DNA from: Thecamonas trahens ATCC 50062
Taxonomy: Eukaryota; Protista; Apusomonadida
Length of the DNA: 64,000 nt
Direction of reading: 5' to 3'
NCBI RefSeq assembly: GCF_000142905.1
Contig: NW_013657645.1
Coordinates: 186,001-250,000, forward strand
In this document: piece by piece, positions 20,131-31,394 of the stretch
Layout: the number at the start of each line of letters is the position of its first letter
Numbering within the stretch: position 1 is the first letter of the stretch
Notes under the pieces: generated by a model
The model's database searches: none
The model's input: only the letters and a program-made list of their open reading frames with translations
Told to the model about the DNA's origin: nothing
Translations under genes and position numbers: made by a program

Positions 20131-20169
20131 ACTACATACACAACCAAGAAGCGCATCCAGGAGGCAAAC

Positions 20170-21375
20170 ATGGCATTCCGGTTGTGGAGTGCAGAAGAGG
20201 TCGGAGCATGGCTGGAGAGCCTTGGCTATGGCGAGTATGGTCAGGCGTTTGTGGAGAACGAGGTTGACGGCGAGGCTCTCGAGGGGCTAGACACAGAGAT
20301 GCTGAAGGAGATGGGTCTGGTCAAGGTTGGTCCGAGGGCAAAGGTGCTCCGTGCTGTGCGTGAGCTTGTGGCGGAGGCTGCAGAGGCTGCCGGTCAGCAA
20401 CAGACTGCTGCCGCTGCTAGGCTTGCCGGGGACAGACACGGCAGCCATGGAGGAGATGACGGTGAGGATGGGGTCGTCAGAGCCGCAGCGAGTGAGGATG
20501 TCGGCGGAAAGAAGAAGGGCAAGGCGAAGAAGGGCAAGGACAAGAGCAAGAGCAAGAGCAAGGGCAAGGGCAAGAGTGAGGCTGTCGACCAGAGTGCTGC
20601 GGCGGTGGCCATCGTCGAGGCCGCCAACGGGACGGCGTCGGCCATCTCGAAGCAGGGCTGGCTGACCAAGGAGGGCGGCAAGCGAAAGAACTGGAAGCAG
20701 CGGTGGTTCACCCTCGAAAACATGGTGCTCTCGTACTACAAGGCCGAAGCCGACGTCGGCGTCAAGAACCCTCTGGGACGGATCCCGATTCCGTCGTACG
20801 AGGTCGATCTCGACAACAAGAAGCCATTTGGCTTCAAGATCTCGCACCCCGGATGCCGGACATACTACTTTGGGGCCGAGTCTGAAGCCGAGCGGCAGCT
20901 GTGGATGAAGGCCATCCGTGAGCAGGGTCTGGCCACGGCGTCCAAGACCTGGTTCAACGCCGAGGCCAACTTCTTTTCGGTCGAATACGCGCCGTCACTG
21001 GATCTTTTCGAAGTTGCCATGACAATGGATGCGCCCGAAGAGTCGGTGCGCCTGGTGCCGGGCAAGACGTACCGGTACCATGCCAAGCTGCGGCGGTCGG
21101 ACGGGTACTCGGAGGTGCTACTCGACGCCACCAAGACCGGCATTGTGGTCCGCGACGTGACCGCCACCGACAAGCTCTCGACCCACCACTACACAGCACT
21201 CCAGCGCTACACCATTGCCGCCCACGATCCGGTCTTCTCCATTCTCGAGGTTAAGGCCGGCCTCAAGTCTGTTTTCTCCTTCCACATGGGCAACTTTGCC
21301 ATTGCCCGCCACCTCAACTCGGTCGTCACCGCCCACATCGGCGAGCTTGTCGGCGTCATCCGCTCCATGCGATGA
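20170..21375 (+). CDS. SAM + PH + C-terminal PTB/FERM-F3-like adaptor protein
   Basis: SAM: WSAEEVGAWLESLGYGEYGQAFVENEVDGEAL. PH: KQGWLTKEGGKRKNWKQRWF..YYK...WMKAI. C-terminal LLDATKTGIVVRD...TALQRY...helix, resembling talin F3. Confidence 0.85.
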   Translation: MAFRLWSAEEVGAWLESLGYGEYGQAFVENEVDGEALEGLDTEMLKEMGLVKVGPRAKVLRAVRELVAEAAEAAGQQQTAAAARLAGDRHGSHGGDDGEDGVVRAAASEDVGGKKKGKAKKGKDKSKSKSKGKGKSEAVDQSAAAVAIVEAANGTASAISKQGWLTKEGGKRKNWKQRWFTLENMVLSYYKAEADVGVKNPLGRIPIPSYEVDLDNKKPFGFKISHPGCRTYYFGAESEAERQLWMKAIREQGLATASKTWFNAEANFFSVEYAPSLDLFEVAMTMDAPEESVRLVPGKTYRYHAKLRRSDGYSEVLLDATKTGIVVRDVTATDKLSTHHYTALQRYTIAAHDPVFSILEVKAGLKSVFSFHMGNFAIARHLNSVVTAHIGELVGVIRSMR

Positions 21376-21536
21376 AGCCCGCAGCGCCAGCTACCGAGGG
21401 CCGCCACGTCTGCGTCTTCGAAGCCGCCCGACCGGCCATGCGCCCAACCAAGCAAGGGCGATCGAACAGGCCCCAGAGTGAACACGGGCCGGAGGTCGAG
21501 GCGATGAGTGCAGAGACGGGACGAGTGGGCAAGCGA

Positions 21537-21636
21537 GAGTGATCGAGTGCAGCCAATGAGCGTGAGTGATCGAGTGCAGCCAATGAGCAAGAGTGATCGA
21601 GTGCAGCCAATGAGCTAGAGTGATCGAGTGCCGCCA
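21537..21636 (+). promoter_or_regulatory. 27-bp tandem repeat (~3.7 copies) carrying three CCAAT boxes upstream of UPRT
   Basis: Unit GAGTGATCGAGTGCAGCCAATGAGCNN at 21537, 21564, 21591 and 21618 (partial); the UPRT ATG is at 21710. Confidence 0.7.
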
Positions 21637-21709
21637 GGGAGCCGTGGCGACAGCACCGGCACCCGTCTCACTCCTTCCCCTCCCAGCTGCGACCCGGTCA
21701 ATCAAGGCA

Positions 21710-23028
21710 ATGGCATCGGAGGCGGCATCGAGCGCAAGTGTGACAGATGCAGTGGCGGTAGCCTCTCCTGACTCTCTGCTTGGACTTGATGAGTGTGAGG
21801 TTGTGGACGACGAGACATGGGTATGTGTAGGGACAGGGGGGAGGGAAGGGAAGGGGGGGGGGAGGGGAGGTGGCGGGGATGGAGGGAGGAGGGGGACAGT
21901 NNNNNNNNNNNNNNNNNNNNNNNNNNNNNNNNNNNNNNNNNNNNNNNNNNNNNNNNNNNNNNNNNNNNNNNNNNNNNNNNNNNNNNNNNNNNNNNNNNNN
22001 TCTGTCCCGCGCGTTCCTTGGCACGTGTAGGCCCAGATTGGGGGGAAGGATACCATTTTGAGCGGATTGCCGGGATGAGGAGAGGGGGACACGGTGACAT
22101 GGTCAGTGGAGGGGCGGGGGGGATGGGGAGGGGGGAGGGGGGAGGGAAGGGAAATTGATGGGACAGGAAAGGGGGAGGGGGGGGGGGAGGGGGGAGGGGG
22201 GAAGAGGGTTGCACTGGTGGGGGGAGGCCGGAGGGAAGGGGAGGTGTCGGGGGCATGGCTCGCTGGAGCGCGACTCATTGGCGGCCGTGACGATGGTTGA
22301 CGATGGATGCGATGGATATGATGGTGGGTGTGATGGATGCGGTGGTGGATGTGGGGTTGGTGGGCGGAGAACGGGTGCAGGCCACTGTCCTGCCGCACAT
22401 CCACGTGCTGAGGTCGACGAACCAGATCAAGGGCATGTTCACCATCATCCGTAACCGAGAGACGGTCCGGTCGGACTTTGTCTTTACCTGCGACCGGCTG
22501 ACCCGGCTGGTAGTCGAGTTTGCGCTGTCGTTGCTTCCGTATGAATCCAAGACAGTGATCACGCCGACCGGCGACGAGTTTGTCGGCCTCTCGTGGGCGT
22601 CGTCGATCTGCGGCGTGGCGGTCATCCGGTCCGGCGAGTCGATGGAAGACGCTCTGCGGTCGGTCTGCGGGCCGGTTCGCATTGGCAAGATCCTGATCCA
22701 GAAGAACACCGAGGAGAACTCGCGCGACCTGATCTACGCGCGGCTCCCGGAGGACGTCTCGTCGCGCAAGGTCCTGCTCATGGATCCGGTTGCCTCATCG
22801 GGCCGCACCATCATCCGCGCCATGAAGGTTCTTCTCAAGTCGGGCGTGCCTGAGGAGAACGTCATCCTGGTTACTCTCGTTGCCTCGCGCCGCGCCGTCT
22901 GCTCCATCCTCGCCGCCTTCCCGGGCCTCACCATCTGTGTCGGCGAGGTCGATGAGGCCGTCAAGGGTGACTACGTCGTTCCTGGTCTCGGCACCTTTGG
23001 CGACCGCTACTACGGCACGGACATATGA
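21710..23028 (+). CDS. UPRT: Uracil phosphoribosyltransferase family; join(21710..21820, 22381..23028)
   Basis: TIIR...DFVF..DRL.RLVVE, ICGV.VIRSGESME, RIGKILIQ, LLMDP..SSG, YVVPGLGTFGDRYYGT. GTATGT...GCAG intron in phase 0 spans the gap. Confidence 0.9.
21901..22000. other. Assembly gap (100 N) inside the UPRT intron
   Basis: N run in a G-rich intron. Confidence 1.
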
Positions 23029-23039
23029 ATGAACGCGAT

Positions 23040-26000
23040 TTACTCCGACTGTGCGCTGCTTGCTCCGGCCGAGGCTGAGAGCAGCCGCTTCACGTCATGC
23101 GAGACAAAGAGCGACGAGAGCCGCGCCAGCCGGCCTTGCATGCCATCGAGCCGGTTGCGGCGGACGGTCTGCGCCTCAACCTCGAGCTGCCGCTCAACAA
23201 CGGAGAGCCGCACAGCGCTGGCCGCTGCAGCCGCCACAGGCGGAAACTCGACCTTGAGCAGCGCTTTGGACGGGATGGGCAGGCCGACGTCAACGTCACT
23301 CACTGCAGCTGCTGCCTCGCGGTCGAGATCCGCGGCCGAGAACATGCCAGCCTCGCCGCGCGATTCGCCGCAGCTGTGGCTGCCGGGCCCGGAGCGCTCG
23401 CCGAGGTCCGTAGCTGAGACCAGCGGCGGTGGCGGCGAAGGAACGGCAAACGGTGCACCCGTTCGCGGCACAAGGTGTTGGGACGGCTTGGAAAAGGCTT
23501 TGGCGTGCGCGAGCGACGCCTCGATGCGGTTGCGCGAGGCGGCAAGGCCTCCGGCGTCAAGCGCCCGCGGCCGGAAAAGGTGCGCGTCGTCGACCTCCGA
23601 GTAGGGAACGAGCGGAACGCAGCTCGGAAGTTGCGGCGCGGGATTGAAGATGTGTAGCTCTGGCAGAAGCGGCGGTGCGCGAAGGACCGCCGGAAGCGGC
23701 TCGGGCAGGGCCGGCGCAACAGTGTCCGACTCGCGCCAAACGCGGCCAGCGTCAGCCGAGCGCACGACTGCATCAGCCGGTACCGACCGCGAGATGTCCT
23801 CTTCTTCGGCGCCTGTCCGCAGTTCGCGTTCCTCCTCAAACGGCACCCAGACCGAGTGCTGCGGCAGCGGATACGGCCGGTAGTGGTTGACCTCGACGTA
23901 GACATGGGCCTGCAGCTTGTGCGGCTGCAGATCGAGTGCATGGCGCATGGTGGTGACCGGTAGGGGTGCGAGGTCGACACCGTCGGCGCCGCGCCCGCCC
24001 AGCAGGGCGGCATCTTCACCAAGCACAACGGAAGGACGTCGACAAGAACCTGGGAGGCGCGAGCTGTCAGCGGCAGCGTCTCGGCCTTTTGCTGATGGGC
24101 GACGAGCGCAGCCTCTTGCTGGCGCTTCTCGTCCTGGACAATAGCAGCGATCTTGTCTTTGTCAAAGCCGACGACAGTGAGAAAGGCGCGAATCTTGGCC
24201 AGCCGCTTGTTGGCGCGCGCTCGGACAATGAGCGTTCGCACCACGTCACGGAGGCGGGTGAGTGCGCGGACACGGCGCTCCCACTCGACTGACATGAGCG
24301 CATCAAACTTGGGATTCCGCACCGCAAACGGGAGGCCGGCCTGAGTTAGCGTGGGCCGCTCCGACGACGACCAAGGGATACGGGCCGCGAGCGCGCGCTC
24401 GGTCTCCACATCAGCTACCTGTTCGTCGTGGGCGTCCCGGAGCTCCACAATGCGCGCGAGTTCGGCGTCTGATGGCAGGTTTGCGCCACGGGCAACCGAG
24501 AGTTTGAGCTCGTTGGCGCGGCGGATGGCGGCTTGCTCGGTAAGCACTTCGGAGAAAGCATACTCCTTGACCTGGCGCGACTCAAAGGGGTCGGCAAAGA
24601 GCTCGTCGAGCGACGACTTGAACTGCGAGGCCCGCGCCTGTGCCTCATGTTTCTCCGCGATGGCAGTGCGAAGAGTCTTAGAGCGCGAGCGGCCACGTCC
24701 ACGCTGGGCGAGGATAGCTACCACATTGCCGTGCGACGAGAGACGCTCCAGCTCTTCGGCATCGCTGGTGTGCACAGCAATGGGTCCGCGAGCGCGCCCG
24801 GGTTCGCTCCCGCTTCCAGCTGGCTCATGACTCCGCGGATCAACACCGGCAGCACGCAGTGTCCGCCTCCGCATTGAGGCCTTGCGCTGAAGCTTTCGGG
24901 TGTACGGGTCACCGTGGCCGGCGCCGCCGCCCGAGTGGACAATCTTGACGTTGGTATCGTACGAGTCGACAGCTTGGGTAACAACTACTGCGGCGCCGCC
25001 GTAGGTCACCCGCTTGAGATCCTCGGCAAGGACCGCGGTCCGCTCCTCGGCAGCAGCGTTCATGCGGCGAACGAGCGCGTCGCGCAGAAGGCCTGGCTGC
25101 GACGAGCCGGCCAATGAGCAGCGGCGCGGCTCAAAGTTGAACTGCGAGACGTTGAGCTCAAGTTGCGCCGACGCAGTCACGTACTCGAGCGGAGTGTATG
25201 TGATGGTGACGGTGACAGAGCCCTCTGCAGGGATGACTCCGCTGGCCGGCGAGACATCAAAGCATGGCGAGAGCGGGACGCCGCCAGCCGGCGTAATGGC
25301 GTAGTCAAACTCGATCGGCACGTCGGTGGCAAGCTGGAACGAGCGCGACGCGTGATTGCCGAGCTCAACAATGCCAAAGTCGACAACCTTGGGAAACTCG
25401 ACTTTGGCCACCACTGGGTAGCCGTGGATGGGGACAAGGAGGTTGGCGCCAGGGCAGTGAAGCCGGATGCAGTCGTAGTAGTAGCGCAACTCGGTCGGCT
25501 GGAACGAGACCCTGAGCTTGAGTGCCATGCCAGGAGCGATGAACGGCGCCTTCTTGACGTAAGTCAGCGAAAAGTACGCAGACTGCGGCGGGACGATGTG
25601 CAGCCGCTGCGGAACTGACGATGTGTTGACCACCGCCACCACAAGGCTATGCGAGTTGTTTGGTGTAAAGCCGCCAAAATGGACTGTGGCGGGACGGACC
25701 ACAAACGCCTCATTGCCTCCCGTCTGCTGATAGACTTCTGCAGTGTGTGAACAGGAGGGAGGCCGAGATCGGTGCGATGATGACCAGCATGAGGGGATGA
25801 CCAAGTTGATCGGGACATACACGCACGCATACACACGCATACACACACACGCATACACACACACGCATACACACACATACACGCATACACACACGCATAC
25901 ACACACATACACACACATACACTTGTGAGGACACATCGACCATCATGTCGCCCTCCTGACCACAGCCACCACCAGAGCCACCACCACAGCCACTACAGCC

Positions 26001-26286
26001 ACTACAGCCACTACAGCCACCACAGCCACTACAACCACCACCACAGTACACATTCACCCTCCCCTTCACCCTCCCTCCCTCACTCCCTCACTCCCCCCCT
26101 CCCTCCCTCCCTTCCCCCCTCTCTCTCTCTCTCAGTGTTGTCACAGACCGGACCGAGGGAAGGCGCCGTTTGACAAGGCAGGGGCTACGTACGATGGTCT
26201 AGGAGGGGATAGGGAACTCGTGGACGAGGTGCAGGCTCTACAAGCTGCAGCTCCTTCACTGCGGGGGCAAGCTCTTGTACTGCCAT
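23040..26286 (-). CDS. CFAP221: Cilia- and flagella-associated protein 221 (PCDP1); join(26193..26286, 23040..25737) with apparent frameshift near 24030
   Basis: LVEP...VPYPLLDHQVY...RPATVHFGGF...RLHIVPPQS.YF...APGM...RYYYDCIRLHC...LLVPIHGYPV (ASH/Ig domain), RQVKE..F. Phase-1 GTACGT...TGCAG intron. Confidence 0.88.
25815..26045. repeat. CA/CATACA microsatellite and CCACTACAG 9-mer repeats in the CFAP221 intron
   Basis: Visible low-complexity repeats. Confidence 0.85.
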
Positions 26287-26728
26287 GCCCCTGCGAGTGT
26301 AGTGTGTGTGTGGGGCGGGGGGGAGGGGGGAGGAGGGGGAGGAAGAAGGAGAGGGAGAAGGAGGTGAGGAAGGTGGGCGGGAAGTAAGGGGGGGGGAGGA
26401 CGCTGTGTACGCCCCCCTGGTGACCCGCCCAGCTACGGCCAAGTTGACAAGGCACGACATCCATGGCGATGGAGGGCCAAATATGGGGTGCCTACTCCTA
26501 TGGCACAGCCATCAACCAACTTGAGCATCTGGTAGTCGACGGGGTGTGGTCTGATGGAGAGTTGCCATGCCAGCAGGCCAGGCCAGGCCAGGGCGATGCC
26601 GTCGGGGTGGCCCACGGCAGATGTGCGACAGGGCCGGCCGGCCCTAGCTACCGCTGGGAGACGGCGACGGTGGAGGCGAAGACACTTGACAGGCTCACAC
26701 AAAAGACATAGAGTACAGGTAGAAGACG

Positions 26729-27235
26729 ATGTGGTGGCTAGATGCTGTGTTTCTGGTCTACTTTGCGGTCCACATTCCGACGACGGCCCTCATTGACGCC
26801 CAGTGCCTGCCGGTGGTGGCCGAGCTGGTTCCCGGATTTGCCAAGGAACTGCTAGCGTACCATGTGGAGACCTTCCACGACCCGCTGGTTGCCGACCCGC
26901 CGCGGTGGTTTGTCTCGCTGGTGGTCTGCGAGGCGCTTCTTCAGCTGCCGTTCTTCTTTGTCGCCGTCTACGCCTTTGTTGCCAAGCGCAACTGGATCCG
27001 CATCCCGGCCATCATCTACGGAGCTCACGTGGCGACCACGCTCGTGCCCATCCTGGCAGAGATCGCCTACGCCGAGCCCAAGGCAGACTCGCCCGGCGGC
27101 GTGCTCACTCCCGAGCTTCGGGCCACACTAATCGCCATTTACATTCCGTACCTGCTCGTTCCGATCACACTCGTCGTCCGCATGGCCTGTGCCGAGCACC
27201 CGTTCGGTGAGCCGGGCAAGGCCAAGATGGCGTAA
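26729..27235 (+). CDS. TMEM97: TMEM97 / sigma-2 receptor (EXPERA domain)
   Basis: YF..HIP.T.LID.Q, DPL...P.WF....CE..LQLPFF, WIRIPAIIY..H..TT..PIL, Y.PYL..P; C-terminal KxKxx ER-retrieval signal. Confidence 0.9.
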   Translation: MWWLDAVFLVYFAVHIPTTALIDAQCLPVVAELVPGFAKELLAYHVETFHDPLVADPPRWFVSLVVCEALLQLPFFFVAVYAFVAKRNWIRIPAIIYGAHVATTLVPILAEIAYAEPKADSPGGVLTPELRATLIAIYIPYLLVPITLVVRMACAEHPFGEPGKAKMA

Positions 27236-27367
27236 CGACGCACTCGCGAGCTTTGCAAGCCATAAAATGAAACCACAACCACGCCGCCAACAACAGGCTT
27301 GGGCTGAGCGCTCGAGGCTTGGCGACTAGGGTCACGGCTTTTGGCCGTTGGCCCGCATACGACTGAC

Positions 27368-30300
27368 TCAGGCCACACCACCGGCCGGCAGGCCGGTGAG
27401 CGACTTGCGCCTCTTTCCGGCACGCTCGTGCTCGGCAACTAGACTTGGGACGCCGCTCTCGCCGTCGTCATCGGATCGTGCGCGGGACGACTTGGATGAA
27501 CCTGAGGCCGATGACGATGACGAGCCGGTCTCCGAGGTGACCTCATCGTCAACAGCGAGAGAGGCTGAGCCCGAGACCGAGGACGATGCTAGCGAGTCGT
27601 CGTCGTCGGATGACGGCGGGCCGCGGTCGAGAGCGGTGGCGGCAGCAGCACCAAATAGCGCACGCTGCTCCTGTGTTGACGACTTGGACCGGCGCATGGC
27701 CTCCGAGGTGACCTGGACCGGGAACGGGTGGCGCTCGGCGTTGTTCTCGCGCTTCTTGCGGAGCTGCTCGGCCGTGGTACGCAGGTCCTCAAACACAAAC
27801 GAGAACGGCGAGCAGTTCAGTCGCGGCATATACGTCATGATGTGCTCGATGATGGATGAGACGCCGGTCCGACCCACAAAGTTAAGAAGCTCGGCGACGG
27901 CGGCAGTGTAAAGGTTGTCACGGGCGCCGTTGAGCATGAACCGCTCGATGATGGGCTCGAACAGGCGGTTGTTGATCATGTAACGCCAGTAGCGCACGTC
28001 ACCCACAGCGAGGAAGGCGCGCATAAACCGGACAGCGGCAAGGGCGAGGTACATGTCTCGCGAGAGCGCAAGCTTGAGCACGTTCGACGCAATGTTGTTG
28101 CTCAGAATAAAGTACTTGCACCGGTAGCCGTGCTGTTGGATGCAGAACGAGAGCAGGTCCGACACGTTGTTCTTGATGAAGCCGTAGAGCCGCGAGTTGG
28201 CGAGCGTCGACCCTTCGCCTCTGATGCCTGCAGTTGCCGACTCGCCTTGGCCGGCCACCGCCGCGCCCGACGACGGCCCGGCCGCCTCGCCAGCATCAGA
28301 CTGGAACGGCGCGCACAGGATGTGGATCATCTTGTCGTAGAAGAGGGTGAGGAACTCCTCCTGCTGCGGGCAGTCCTTGAGCGACTCCATGTCCAGCAGG
28401 ACCCGGAGCGCCTCGGTCAGCTGTGTCTGGACCCCATTTTCCGGGTCGCACGTCAGCTGGACCATGATCTTGCGCAGCAGCGGGTAGTCAACGGCCTCCT
28501 GACCCAGCAGGTAGGCAATCATGATGTTCGGATCGTGGGTGACGACGCAGGCAAAGATGTCTGTCGACGCCATGCGGACCGCGTTCTCCGGCGAGTCAAT
28601 CGTCGGCTCAAAGATGTCGAGCAAGCCCTTGGAGCACAGGTCGCGGTACATCTCTGTCCGCCGCTTCAGCTGCAGCATCTTGGTGAGCGAGAAGAACTCG
28701 TCCAGAAACAGGACAAACTCCTTGATTCGCTCCGGCTGCGCGTCGGCGGCGACGACCTGCTGGAAGACCGACGGCAGGTACTGCTCATCGGCGTAGACCT
28801 GCTCGATGATTTCCACGTTGTTAAAGTAGATGAGCGTGTTGAGTGTTGTAAAGGTAGCGTCGTCGAGGACACGTGGCAAAACCACGTCCTTGATGTACGA
28901 GACTTTGAACGTCTGGTGGATGGTGTCCTCCAGCTCAGGCGAGGCAAACGGGAGCACCTGCTTGAACTTGGCCTTGGAGAGGAGGAACTCGCGGTGCCGC
29001 GGCCGCGTCGGGAGTTCGGGATCGTACTCGAGCGCACCGATGACACGCACAATGTAAGCCTTGGAGAGCAGCATCTCGATGAGCGCCTGCTCGTTAAGCA
29101 GAATGAGGGCCTTGAAGACAGCAAAGACCTCGTGCAGCTTGTCAATGTTGCCTGCCTCTTCCAGCGTGTCAAACAGCATCAGCAGCTCGTCGACATATCC
29201 CTGCGTGAGCACAATCGACGCCACAGCCTGCCGCTGCGCCATTGGCACGTTCTCTAGCGTGCTGGCCAGGGCGCCCAGTGTTTCCACACTCACCGGCGGC
29301 ACTTCCATGTACATCGACTCCTCGTCCTCAAGCCGCACAAACGGCGGAAGGGCGAGATCGAGAACGAGCTCCCGCTCGTACCCGACGCTGGCGCCACCGC
29401 AGCCTGCCCACCGCTTCCGCTTCCACCCTGTCCTCCTGTGCCAGCTGCACCCGAGCTCCCCACATCAAGCTCGCGCTCGTCCTCTTCCTCGTCATTGTCG
29501 CCCGGCGACTCAAGCTCCATCGCCTGCGGCCCGCCGTCCTGCTGCAGCCGCTGCGCCTGGCAAATGTCTTGGAACACAATGTCGCGCCCGCGCGGCTCCT
29601 GAAACGAGATTGCAAGGTCCAGCTTGTTCTCTGAATCTGCCCACACAATGAGCGACTCTTCTTGGATCTGGAAGATGGCCGAGTCGTCGATTGCTGTCCA
29701 CACCAACACCGAGTCCGGCTTTTCCTCCGACACAATGACCAGGTAGTACCGCCCATCCGCCTGCAATCCGGAATCATCACCAGCACCACATCCCACACGC
29801 CCAACACCAGCCCGTCCCGAGCCACGCATCAACCCCACAACGCCAGAGCCCACCACCGCCCCGCCGAGCCGAGCCGAGAATCGCCGACGTGCCGCCCCAG
29901 CCACGGCCGCACAGCACCAGACACCATAAACAACAACAACCACATGTGAGTCCATTCCCCACGCCCAGCACCCCGCCCAACACCAGCCCCTACCTCCCCA
30001 CCCAGCTCCCACCCACTCCCCCGGATCCGGACACCATTTCCCAAGCCAGTTCCAGCCTGGCTAAGCAGCGGGAGAGCTGAGGGCAAGAGGTCAAAATTGG
30101 TGTCAGGGAGTGGCCACCTAGCAGCAGCGACAGGGAGGGGGGGGGGAAGGGGAACAGGAAAGGAGGAGGTATGGATAACGACAAACAGAGGCATACAGAG
30201 GCGCAGTATACCCCCTTTCCCCTCCCCTCCCCTGCAAGCACACCCGTGCCAGCCCCAGCCGTTGCCACAGCCGCAACCGCAGACCCACCAGCACCTTCCT

Positions 30301-30514
30301 CCCTCCTCCCCTTCCACCACAGTCACTCACGTACAATGGAGGCTACCGAGGCAAAGCCAAAGCCCATCTCCTCCCACTTGCCACTGGTAGGCTGCAGCTG
30401 GAAGAGCTTGACCCGTGAGAGGAACGAGTCCTCGTACAGAGGGTCAGCAGCAAGTTCTCCATGGCCTCCACTCCCGTCCCCGCCCACAGACGATGGGCCT
30501 GCTTCAGATGCCAT
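27368..30514 (-). CDS. PPP4R3: Protein phosphatase 4 regulatory subunit 3 (SMEK/Psy2); join(30335..30514, 27368..29760) with apparent frameshift near 29330-29400
   Basis: EVH1: RVKLFQL...W...G.G, Q.ESLIVW...DLAISFQE..G. SMK-1: IGALEYDP...HREFL..KAKFKQV, IHQTF...YIKDVVLPRVLDD, LLSFCIQQH, NL..AAVAEL..F. Confidence 0.92.
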
Positions 30515-30957
30515 GCTCGTCGAGTGAGGTGGAGTCCTTTGCCTTGCCCGCCGTCCCGCCCAACACCACCGATCCCAGGTCCAGCCCCACTCAGCGGCAA
30601 CACCCAGCGGAGCATGCCGCGCATGGTGGCATGCAATCCCTGCATGTCGCCGCCGTCTTTAGACCGCAAGCATCTCGAAATAGTTGGGCATGTGTGGCTA
30701 TCTCGATCCGGCCGGCTAGAGCTGGCGGGCCGAGCCATCACTGGCCAACACACACACACCCACAACCGCCCAACTTGTTGGGAGAGCGAGCATCTCGTGC
30801 AAGTTGGGGATGAAAGGGTGAGTAACCTGTCCCGATCGGTGCGATGGCCACCTTGATGATATGCGGCCGACCTGGCTGAGACGGTGCCATTTGACGGACC
30901 CGGGGGGGGTGGGCGACGGCCGGCAGCTGGAGTGGGAACAGATGACCGGTGACTGAC

Positions 30958-31337
30958 GGATGGCAGGCAGGGCAGGGTGATGGATGGCTGGTAGGGCAGG
31001 GTGATGGATGGCTGGCAGGGCAGGGTGATGTATGGCTGGCAGGGCAGGGTGATGGATGGCTGGTAGGGCAGGGTGATGGATGGCTGGCAGGGTAGGGTGA
31101 TGGATGGCTGGCAGGGCAGGGTGATGGATGGCTGGCAGGGCAGGGTGATGGATGGCAGGCAGGGCAGGGTGATGTATAGCTGGCAGGGCAGGGTGATGGA
31201 TGGCAGGCAGGGCAGGGTGATGTATGGCTGGCAGGGCAGGGTGATGGATGGCTGGCAGGGCAGGGTGATGGATGGCTGGCAGGGCAGGTGGTCAGGTGGC
31301 CAGGCGGCCAGGCGGCCAGGCGGCCAGGCGGCCAGGC
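30958..31337. repeat. 24-bp G-rich minisatellite (~13.8 copies) followed by GGCGGCCA 8-mer repeats
   Basis: Unit GGATGGCTGGCAGGGCAGGGTGAT from 30958 to 31288, in the divergent intergenic region. Confidence 0.95.
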
Positions 31338-31394
31338 GGGCAAGCTGCTCTCTCACCGACTCTCTTTGTCGCTGTGGCCGAGAGCTCGACAGAG

